Shown piece by piece: positions 38,901 through 43,779 of a stretch of DNA of 64,000 nt. The translations under genes were made by a program, and so were the position numbers. Numbering within the stretch: position 1 is the stretch's first letter; the number at the start of each line of letters is the position of its first letter. This DNA is from Ostreococcus lucimarinus (lineage: Eukaryota), in assembly GCA_000092065.1 (NCBI GenBank), contig CP000590.1; one strand, given 5' to 3'. Under the pieces are notes generated by a model. That model was not told the origin of the DNA. It saw nothing but the letters and a program-made list of their open reading frames with translations, and searched no databases.

Positions 38901-39383
38901 GTCTGGGTTACCGTCGGTGGACAAACCATCGTCGGCTGGCCGCGAGTCGTGCAAATCATTCCGGGCACCACCAACGCCAACGTCTCTCAGCTTCGTCCCG
39001 AGGCCGATAGTATGGCTCTCGCCGCCGAACTGGTGCGCCACGGTGGAAACGACGCTTCTCTCATCGACGCGCTCGGCCGTCAATCCACCGACGTGGACAA
39101 GCTGCGCGGTGAGATGATCGCTTTGAAGCAAAAGTTGGCTTCCTACGAACGCGCTGAACACGACGCGCGTCAGCGTGGCACAATAGATCCCACCGCCACC
39201 GCGCTGACGACTGAGCAAGTGGACAAGAAGAATATGAAAACCATGCAGTTGATGGTCGCCGAGACCGAGTCCGATAGAGGCACGCTCGACTCCGCCAACG
39301 ACGACGACGAGTTCGGCGACGCGTCGCCATTCTATGATGACAACGTTGACGACGCGGAGTTTGAAGACGCACGATCGCCGTGA
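23949..39383 (+). CDS. Giant single-exon protein (5144 aa). Layout: N-terminal NT-C2-like C2 domain; acidic linker; about 7 filamin/ABP280 Ig repeats; Ala-rich MgtE_N/FliG-like helical-repeat block (about nt 26880..28740); about 17 filamin repeats; acidic linker plus a second helical-repeat block (about nt 34050..36360); about 9 filamin repeats; C-terminal coiled coil and acidic tail.
   Basis: It is one stop-free frame of 15.4 kb with diverse composition. The N-terminus (KFKSLRGWNVDKYQFDVRAQ...RGEAVWDETLTLSCSMFV...KPAMFVLQ...IDLLEFA) fits the NT-C2 (EHBP1/PMI1-type) pattern. Dozens of roughly 95-aa units carry the filamin signature (e.g. GQDNFGNARTTGGDNVEGVLIGPSG...DHGDGSYLLEFT; DRYGN...GG...V...GP.G......D..DGTY.......AG.W). 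The helical blocks show L..M.P..AA.VL..M periodicity (e.g. SDMRPEVAAAVLQRLNPQKAACAAAMMSQTELSAAVVMM...SLPPAAAAQVMNGMDARAASLCVNKLIDPDVAAAIIAKMKPTKAAEMMQFIPADAQKAILIELDP). Confidence 0.9.
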   Translation: MASEPARAKFKSLRGWNVDKYQFDVRAQSAYNVLPGTQRLKLLWRRGHKRAETKTANVTRGEAVWDETLTLSCSMFVNPKTGMYESKPAMFVLQTVNEDGSIGKTYAEATIDLLEFALNPGRELSQTVPMRQGAVSMLTHLQFAVTATPLAENVALSDVSSALSVADLADVAELAATSAVPEKLAVNVIGEHEDEGYFDEKLDVREDAQSESEKEDSEFAYFDERLAYKVEGDDTEQLPPPTAEELLSGVDAEEGIVPGVKMMRLIVGKKCKIFVRGQDNFGNARTTGGDNVEGVLIGPSGQRGLVSTKDHGDGSYLLEFTCMQQGIWTLRTRFNGRLSVERHKLVVSFGPLTAQDVRVQLPKPPFRCGAYTDMQVVVEHPEDGRILTGAEAFNVRLVSPAGLSLGVPLDIRPGTTAAVARINWPEVGEHQLDVRLDGESLRGSPMRVEVVPEDLCLAACQLQGPGVHRCTAGIRSAFVIEAHDSRGNRLLSGGAPLFLGIRTASNESYSGEIVDFGNGTYEASYSVRVSGYYELSLAILGEELVIKGLCEPGKAVVAGCELVGDAGLDLEVGSSGRYSIIRHDAYGNRVPTRQGQIKFKVTADGPGPATCTMIDRADGVSDVDVSTSVAGRYFVQVTAGDQEPIPGSPFEVIAYPSPASHETSVTTVFGAQLAASDSDVLVAVAGEEVSLSVAPRDMYGNVTVFSKSAAITATATGGGVSTSFEERTGTRTEVSLFSTFRLAGSYLLTAKIGDKVLDGYPRILTVVSAATEPRKCMLFGDALQGVRCNRVSTLTVHAADKFGNLRSTGGDVVDVNLCSPDGKYVVASKVDDHADGTYGAKFKLERPGTWEIQLVVNGRGGRTQVNEITSYFAGVKANECTFSGMGSDGVEGVVCFKQSDIVIEPADFEQNSRLMSGKEAVAVRILTPSGGISSVDLKFENGKYRGSYTWTQPGQHTVSVSLDQEAIVGSPFSVEAMSALPQIAELENMAVGEIADILPKLSGEGASQALQSLGPDKAAEALAGNTPESAVRMMAHVFPGNVAEILSCMRPDAAAATISAMPGERAAEVLSTMQSNDATQLMKNMSSGEISEKAEMFADVICGMKEDDMLVCVRELMNSRTAEKGLKSVLDKMPARVVAELTGKLDKGENTRLLSGLSHERTAAIVSKLPVELQAGVIGLLGGDSMFQMTKTLYAAYKVDKNSSAQERSRMKADAQDTGHRLAPALASMDTEELRDNFKQATPEHIGGCLFALIDAKRRQVGSKAIARPVAQMMEDGSIEWGDGSISHVNEDRSAINHSDGTSASLRVDGTIIDSDGQVLKLRPDGIITADGTVLGADGEITTAPSGPLHMFRALTTEQQTAAILELIEFSQTGNAGEILVDLTATELRETIRPMGASDQAKVFIEIGRMSPSQAARAASVLSHTEAASVVSIMVNPGSSGRCDEPFMGPFLEALAPQILRNIEPPTAVGGALATHLSPTAAAHVLHKLEPMDVSRIIEGMSPAEVRQVIESSSNIQAEAGKAVSDTPLIAALVPYVSAMDDSQAATLLEGLPADMAVGVMMCTPEERAKEIMSHTRRRDLKERIANKSLIHLDACTIVNLRGAVAGESSSFILEARERGGNRITFGGGRLTVATKLFSAPGPGVEQGTVHDRGNGEYVVQFTSTLAGKIAVVVEASGQSRAWDVNIEASDVVIPKCTIEKQGLESWTAGSPGRILLTLRDRFGNFAHSSKSILEFEARASGPGGVIVERNMLDDGKIEFLLNTTVTGIYKVAVSCLDTKEDLSGCPFEARMGTDALSQAGCTASLQSLTSSTKGPGAKAAAYGACAAMAGEEVTCVVEARDRYGNTTTFAGEHVAVIAFGPAHLPADRPFEVADVRSGRMALRAIFPRSGSYTIAVTVDGIPIATSPLILHVFPGACETSRAVLRGDALNGIVASKITSLLVQTEDKYGNHCHVGGDRVNLSMSGPNGIKVNSLDVKDNEDGTYSFSFIIPQSGRWTIQAVVNGRIAKESTTEVVVTYGPLHAAACVLKGGPGMKRTEVCGAQRDIYLQALEYDANGRGMSGQEAITMHLITPSGATHTLAPVFAERGSRYKATVRWWEVGRHEVVAAVGGQPVVGSPFVVNVEAQEVSLPMCRLSGPGLQGAVAGERATILIESRDERGNRLFNGGAQMGIAVRSGGETLRGKVQDCGDGTYEASYIVERAGPFELSLFLGTEAATYRATCKPGRVDYAKCRVDGVNNGVWVAGEQLTLTVTRMDRFGNRITRREGLAPFFGKAIGPGDIVSQSLELGNGTAEIKLYGTVAGNYQIGVYVADTPIVPYANEEAEALMENQQLLLEDSKSAKSKADSKRIEAQESGLRTDSLAGTVRSASKSDINAGKPLAAVPGTFIASEDIEAMKEVTLPKVTTMNGVEMVPLPNGLFEMNLIPTIAMPNCCELEVIGGTRADDSWITPAGDEVIVRVIARDRYKNETHWEEGQTITVEALGPEFLSFSSHGTTSLQNEFVAKMIRAGTFELRVLCDALPVCWRAMQVIAGFTFAPRSILSMDGLKDVKTGNIVRLTLRTVDRYANLRLSGGDTVQLALQGPNGAFARQVSVTDHQDGTYALEFQVTAAGRWIMSTRINSVLHVEGGISFVVAFGTLTAEEAVVSFDPPLPKNGSVECGRTSDLMLHGAGWETNNRVMTGLEAVSVRLTHPSGSQEAIPVTLSRDNKCYTAKIRWLHPGHHSVNIMLDGVVVPGTPVRANAEGKKLALISSALVGDGATTATAGEDAEFTLLARDYGGNQINKGGADLAISCRASGREPIAGEIHDNGDGSYRCIYSSTIAGDIEVVLTLNEGTTQTKRLINVKCEAAECEISECRVDAGKMMLLWNAGDAGLIRVQRRDKYGNPTTKDTANGLNRFAAEVVGPGWADCEALELGDGSCELRLVAQAAGSYDISIVALAIDEETMTPLDVPSVELTSFSAMVSSQETFPSSCVARMALVNGGKEETLAEVDADITLPSTIMAGDDIAMHVLSRDLHGNHTNWLGGERIAVHARGPIEVPFVPMDAVGSFTAVITTAGAYSVAALVGDCACNGWPRILQVVAGPCNPDKCTVSGDALGNCATATPISLLMQATDQYGNPRSLGGDFIEAVLINEDEGTIDTQIIDNTDGTYTINFELDMPIEHELWISANGLREKQSRYSLMPSLGALQASDCVINGLGGERLCLADRSTLFVQPANPSRVMSGREAVVVSVRMPSEMSFNLPLKFETDSRRFSCPLLWVEVGDHHITVNLAGEVVPGCPFMVRVRDPDEEFEEIEGEESQTAMTMVPADNSFGFVYTNDKTAVAAAQAASGIGTTDVDPDAEDEDDEDAFTFGTALNPPPPQQVDSTIAIIRKLELEDAGDALSDMRPEVAAAVLQRLNPQKAACAAAMMSQTELSAAVVMMTEESVLSVLNDAPPAARASIIESLPPAAAAQVMNGMDARAASLCVNKLIDPDVAAAIIAKMKPTKAAEMMQFIPADAQKAILIELDPVSMCALVTGAYEPTAADAIRRGLQVSPDTVSIIFTTAPAEECAKMVRNMQLDAQGCEIAAGAMQRAARTHPRAVENILAMTKMTAVDGGAAIKAAVLRQPGGDVIVKNAETSIAKGEIEIPAPVVKTRQAKFKWGGTGLKPSKTASERAARSLAGMAPKVSAQALADMRPGAAGAVLASMDSERISSIISVMDQNVMASAVGSMEAEEALRVISSSSNAARVTIVEALPAGAAGSILSMLPADEAADLLRAMDASAAIEAVSSMPAKAAALALQELPDDQMSTYLLTLPPSTAAPILSHMCEREEGRVSASKALQLLSTLNADKTTLHISGMLQRDPKSTAKIMTELTQDARAAVLGALNAKDAGKALQFLGPQNAASSLVAAVAAGTSPAIAAVALESLARLGVWPPSIDVPRSGAKVRGPLADVLLVMFELEPEAAAQVLTALDPDVSASAVGAMTPATAGALASAIPDPKAAALLLESMPHAKRAAMIIKMRPQPAADAASNMETENILAVMKTLYETLDPATMSIANDIISKMEPFKAGSVVAGLDEAHAVRIMSALPPLVAAALISSGGLPSDKAGTFLDRVKVDQAENVLAALPPTLAEEAVQKVSSTELKSKTASRTVVHLTSSHISGPGCEECVAGLETKFIFESTNPGGVRIHKGGATLQCTIHHLTFKSQDGTNSVDFIRGEGKHVQVQDMMNGAYEFPYKLDKAGEYDAMITSAGQTRVVRIRCKPTILDPTQCSVVPVEEGTTWRAGEVLVVKVLCRDRFGNDVAPPKQGDAGVDFVLLADGEGPSVVEAEVVNDPAGVGAFAKFRATECGKYSLRIFTADVARQWWGGVQRDCIQGAPIDIVLTATAADASRSSVQLSGIRERGGGMLLGLAGRQMAIIIFARDKFNNEAVFDNQRLRVDAVGVATSVFSLTSKEPGEAMFTSALQRAGTYSLRVTVDGKPVHGFPRNLQVVAAQTDPRFCSIRGDALNTVVAGEVTKVLVNAADRYQNVCLEGGDRLTARLLGPAGSIDADTSDFGDGTYRLSFVVPRAGEWRIFLAVNGVENPKPATSFVASQGGLTSKQLMLIPADKRDEYMVGSESEFFIQSIDYEVGGLEVNGHEAICLRLIAPSGLSTIVPLRLTKDKARYRANIMWPEVGSHSLIAALNGETVVGCPFSVQTAAAQVYVPGCKMTGAGSTKAVAGERASFIVEARDNRGNRMMGGGATLSAVVRSALTPGKSVKATILDQGDGTYVCSYTINKAGPFTIVVSSPNSQATLSATCVAGPADPAYCRIDASDVKQIEAGTRGIVKVLRADRFDNLIPAGAELMPFRVEVTGVGPADVETVEAGDGSAEVRFEARAVGRYTLYVWSGFKREPVLGSPCEIQVLPSQPAASSCKAQLQGAEFKAQGVYSAQAGTTVTVRMQPRDRFGNTTAWKSWQTLSVTASGTEDITFTEIDDQEAVSSRGVFSATFSKAGAYVVWVTVGGQTIVGWPRVVQIIPGTTNANVSQLRPEADSMALAAELVRHGGNDASLIDALGRQSTDVDKLRGEMIALKQKLASYERAEHDARQRGTIDPTATALTTEQVDKKNMKTMQLMVAETESDRGTLDSANDDDEFGDASPFYDDNVDDAEFEDARSP

Positions 39384-39730
39384 AAGTAAACACGGATAAC
39401 TGCAACTCATTGTACCGCGCGATCTACTCGCGCAGCGAGACCTCGCGCGGGCCGCGCGACCTCGTTCGCCGGTGTACTACTAATACCTCAATCCACCTTT
39501 TTAACCACCCTAGCGAGTACAGTAGCTCATAACGACACATCACACTACTATCTCACCTCTGGCCACGCGCGTCGACGCACCCCGCGCGCGATCGGTCGAT
39601 CGTTCAAGCGCGCGTTCGAACGATCGCTCGATCGACATCGTCCGCGCGGCCGTTCGCTCGCGCGAAACCCATCAACCGCGCATCGAATCCGTCGGTATCC
39701 GCGCGCGCCGTCGCGTCGCGCGTCCCACCT

Positions 39731-39792
39731 CCTCCCATCGCCGCCGTCGCGCCGCCTCCCATCGCCGCCGTCGCGCCGCCTCCCGTCGCCCG
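39731..39792. repeat. 24-bp tandem repeat (CCTCCCATCGCCGCCGTCGCGCCG), about 2.5 copies, in the 3' flank of the giant gene.
   Basis: Direct inspection. The minus strand would encode (GGATAAM)n. Confidence 0.8.
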
Positions 39793-40921
39793 TCCCCCCT
39801 CGACCGCCCGCTCGAGTTTCGGATAGCGCGAAAAAGCGATTCGTCTACCCCCGACCGACGTCCGCGCGTACCGCGCGCCGCGCCGACGACCGACGCCGCG
39901 ATCGACGCCCGCCCGCATCGCATCGCGTATTACGCGCGTCCGCGACCCCATGAGCGTTTCGAGACTCGATCGCGCGCACCGCGCGCGTCCCGCGCCGGCG
40001 CCCGGGCGTCCGCGTCCGAGTAGCCCAATCGACGAAACGGCGAAAAAAAGGGGTCGCGTCGACGCGAGCGTTACGTCGCGGCGGCGCGATTCGCGTTAAA
40101 TACGACGCGATCGCCATGTAAATAAAGCGCGCGCCGTAACGCTCGCGTCGCGGGCCGCGCGGAGACGCGTCGCGTCGCGTCCGCGGAGACGCGTCGCCGC
40201 GCGTCGACACACCGAGTCGCGACGCGCGCGCGAGTCGGACGCGGCCGACGCGCGCGCGACGACATCGCCGAGATCGAGCCTCGCGAGCGTCCATCGCGGT
40301 GCGTGCGCGCGCGCGACGCGCGCGATGACGCGCGGTAGACGAATCGCTGAAAAGTACATTCATATCTTTTCGAACGGCGCGCGCGCGGCGACGGAACGAT
40401 CGCGCGAACGATCGCGCGCGCGCGAAACGCGATGGATGTACCTATTTGTCTTAGGGTCCACGTCCGCGCGCGGGACGACCCGACGGACGGTGTCGACTGA
40501 CTCGAGCGTCGGCGGCGCGCGCAGGTCATCTCGCTCGCTCGCGCGGGGACGCGGCGGCGCGGCGACGCTTCTTCGTTCGCTACTTTGCGTCGGGAAATTG
40601 AAAAGGCGCGACGAGATGTCGATGGAGGATGATTTAGAATTGCACCTCGCGGAGTTTATCGATGAAGAGGGGGCGTTCGACGAGTGGTGCGTGGACGACG
40701 CGGAGGGACGCGACGCGACGCGGGAAATCGACGGGACGGCGGCGAACGCGCGGAACGGCGAGCGCGAGGAAACGGCGAGCGCTGACGATTAGAACGACGA
40801 TGACGATGACGGAAATGACTGACTTTGACGCGTTTGTACGCGATGGATCAACCGTAGGTGCGAAGCTTCGATCGATTTCGACGCCTTTGTGGATGACGAC
40901 GCGCTCGCGATCGAGTACGAC

Positions 40922-42130
40922 ATGACGCCGAGATCTGGGGGAGATCGAAAAAGCGCGCCGGCGAGAAATTCAACAAACTTGAAAACCCGTAAACGCGGCC
41001 TCAAGCGCGGCGTCGACGGCGAGCTGTCGCTGAATGAACACGTGTACGTGGAATTCACGCCCGAGGGCAAGTTCAAGATGCGCGATGGGGAGAAACTGAA
41101 AGGACAATGGAGCGCGGAGGAAGACGGCCGCCTCGCGGACCTCGTCGCCAAGTACGGCACGCGTAGATGGTCTCACATCGCGCGTGCGCTCGAAAACCGC
41201 GTGGGCAAACAATGCCGAGAGCGATGGAATAATCACTTAGCGCCTGATATAAAACGTGGATCGTGGAGCACGGAAGAAGAGGATACTTTCATCAGGGCGC
41301 ACGGCGAGCTCGGAAACAAATGGTCGGACATCGCCAAGCTTCTCGAGGGCAGAACCGAAAATAGCGTGAAGAATCACTGGAACGCAACGAAGCGGCGCAA
41401 GGATGGTGACATGTCGAGATTTCGTGCATACGTTATAGAAACCAGTGACAAACAGCAACGAGATGGTGTAGAAACGACACCACGCTCGAAGAGTCAGTCG
41501 ATGACGGCGAGCGACTCGCTCGGGAGCTCGATGAGGCGCCCGACGCGACCATCCAGTCCGAGTCAAAGCCAGTCGACGATTAAGCCCAATGTGGATAAGC
41601 TGGTGAATACAGAAACGCACGACTCAAACGCATCGACGCAAGACGGTATGCCGATGAATCGTGCTCAAGCGCGATCGGTGGATATGCTCGACGGCTCGAT
41701 GGCGGCGAACACGTTCATTTACGTCGACGCGAAACTGGTCCCGGCATTACACGACTGCATCGTCGTCAAGGCTCCTGGGAACGCGCACGATTTCATCGAA
41801 ATTCTCAACAGTCACGAGCAACTGGTGCAAGACCGAACTCACGCCGACGACAGCCGCATCGAAGTGGCGTCGTACGCGTCCACCATCCCGCTGCCGTCTG
41901 CGCTTCTCGCCGACGCGCTTGGCACGCTCAGCGGTTTGATCGACGCCGTGCGTCGACACTGCAGCGTCGTCAGCATCGCGCTTGCTGTAAAAAGCGGGGA
42001 TCACGCCATTCTGAAGCGGTTTGGAGGCAACTGTTTCATGGTATCCGTCTCCGCGCGCAAGTGGGAAGACGCCATGCAAGGCGTCAAGCTCGCCGTGCGA
42101 CACATCAAAGACGTCAGCGCGACGTCTTAA
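40922..42130 (+). CDS. R2R3-type MYB transcription factor.
   Basis: Two SANT/Myb repeats with regularly spaced Trp residues: KGQWSAEEDGRLADLVAKYGTRRWSHIARAL.NRVGKQCRERWNNHL and RGSWSTEEEDTFIRAHGELGNKWSDIAKLLEGRTENSVKNHWNATKRR. The first in-frame ATG is at 40922 (the ORF-track start at 40889 is GTG). Confidence 0.85.
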   Translation: MTPRSGGDRKSAPARNSTNLKTRKRGLKRGVDGELSLNEHVYVEFTPEGKFKMRDGEKLKGQWSAEEDGRLADLVAKYGTRRWSHIARALENRVGKQCRERWNNHLAPDIKRGSWSTEEEDTFIRAHGELGNKWSDIAKLLEGRTENSVKNHWNATKRRKDGDMSRFRAYVIETSDKQQRDGVETTPRSKSQSMTASDSLGSSMRRPTRPSSPSQSQSTIKPNVDKLVNTETHDSNASTQDGMPMNRAQARSVDMLDGSMAANTFIYVDAKLVPALHDCIVVKAPGNAHDFIEILNSHEQLVQDRTHADDSRIEVASYASTIPLPSALLADALGTLSGLIDAVRRHCSVVSIALAVKSGDHAILKRFGGNCFMVSVSARKWEDAMQGVKLAVRHIKDVSATS

Positions 42131-42299
42131 ATGCCTATAAATTATTCGTCACACATGCTCAAATTGTGCACGGTGTACCATTTATCAATCTTTCGATCAA
42201 GGATAAACAGCTCGCTCGCTCGCTCACAAGCTCGCACGCACCGCCACACCCGTCAAATTCATTTGCAATGTCACATTAATCATTCTAAGCTACTACGCG

Positions 42300-43271
42300 T
42301 CACTGATTCAGCGGCGGATGCACCAATACATACTCCTCCGCGTACGCCCCCGTGCGATCATCTCCCTCATCACACGCCACGGGTGCGCACGACTTCGAAC
42401 ACGTGTACACGGCGATTGACCCAAAATCGAGCGCGGAGTCGCTCTCGGCGTCGACGCCGAGCTGACTGATGATTGTGGGCAAAATCTGAAACTCAAATTT
42501 TCTCGGCGCGCCGCACCGTTCGCAGTGCGGAATGTTATCCGTATTCGGCGCGTGCGTCACCGACGGCCACAGCGGCTTCGCCCCGGGCTCCGGGCAATAC
42601 CTCAACACCTGCTCCGGGTCGTTCTTCAGCATGACGTGAAACGTCGCCAACTGCTCCATATCCTCATCGACCACCGCAGCCTCGATCGCGTCGATCTCTT
42701 CCGCGGTCATGTCCCCCCCCACGTCACCATCCACGCACTCCACTCCCCCCATCGCGTCTCCCTCCCCTCGCTCCTCCGTCTCCACCACCAACTCGTACTC
42801 TGGATACGTCTTCGTCGCCGCCGCGCTCGCGTCCCACCAATCGCACCTCGCGCGCCGCGTCGCCGTCTCCTCCGCCGTCAGCGCGCGCCCCGCTTCTCCC
42901 TCCGCCACCGGATCCCACCCGTAGAACGCGTTCGCCCTCGGAAGCTGTCCCCTGAACGCCCGCGCGCCGCCCCTCGCGTGCGTCTCGCCCCCTCGCGTCC
43001 CGTTCACGAACACGTACACCGTCCGATGAAACGCGCTCGCCTCCGCGTCCACCGGCGCGTACACCTGGCACAAAAACGCCATTCGCTCCCCCTCGTTCGT
43101 CTCCAGCGCGCTCGCCCGCGGCACGCGCACGGGATCCATCCACGCCGGCGCGCCGCCCGCCTTGCTCGGAAACCGCCACGCCTCGAGGTCGTCGTCCCGT
43201 CGCGCGCGCTCGAGAAAGCCCAGCGACCACTCGCGGTCGTCGCTCAGCGCGTCGTCGTCGTCGTCGTCCAT
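42300..43271 (-). CDS. PDCD2L: PDCD2-like protein (PDCD2_C domain; TSR4 / PDCD2L family, no MYND finger).
   Basis: The N-terminal WSLGFLE...PSKAGGAPAWMDP and C-terminal YCPEPGAKPLWPS...IPHCERCGAPRKFEFQILP...IAVYTCSKSC match the PDCD2/TSR4 C-terminal domain pattern. The ATG is at 43271 in a CCATGG context. Confidence 0.75.
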   Translation of the reverse strand: MDDDDDDALSDDREWSLGFLERARRDDDLEAWRFPSKAGGAPAWMDPVRVPRASALETNEGERMAFLCQVYAPVDAEASAFHRTVYVFVNGTRGGETHARGGARAFRGQLPRANAFYGWDPVAEGEAGRALTAEETATRRARCDWWDASAAATKTYPEYELVVETEERGEGDAMGGVECVDGDVGGDMTAEEIDAIEAAVVDEDMEQLATFHVMLKNDPEQVLRYCPEPGAKPLWPSVTHAPNTDNIPHCERCGAPRKFEFQILPTIISQLGVDAESDSALDFGSIAVYTCSKSCAPVACDEGDDRTGAYAEEYVLVHPPLNQ

Positions 43272-43779
43272 GGCGCGCGCGTCTCGCGCCGTCGCGCGCC
43301 GTCGCGTCGCGCTCTGTCGCGCGGCGTCGCGTCGCCGCCGCCGGTCGCCTCCGGGGGACGCGCGTCCGTCGACGCGCGGCGCGGCGCGCGACGCGACGCG
43401 CGGCGCGCGCGACGGACGCGCGTATTTTTTCCGCGCGCGGCGTCGCGCGCGGAACCGCGCGCGCGACGTCGCGGCCGTCGCGCGCGGCGCGGATCGAATC
43501 CGTCGTCGGTCGGCGCCGCAGAGCCGCGCGCGGGATTGGATTGGATTCGCGCGCGGCGTTCCTTCGCGCGCGATGTCGACGTCGCCGCGCGGCGCGAGCC
43601 AACGCGCGGAGACGAGCGGAGGTGCGCGGAGACGCGCGATCGCGGACGCGACGACGACGCGAGGGCGACGGATTGGGACGATTCGACGAGGACGCGCGAT
43701 TTGAAATGATTCGCGCGCGAAACGTCGAGGACGCGCGCGCGATCGAGGCGCGAGGGCGAGGAACGGTGAGACTGACGCG

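Noticed and set aside
39604-40363. Minus-strand ORFs (115 and 172 aa) in the spacer between the giant gene and the MYB gene
   Set aside because: They are encoded by the 24-bp tandem repeat and CGCG low complexity ((GGATAAM)n, poly-Arg). There is no coding signal.
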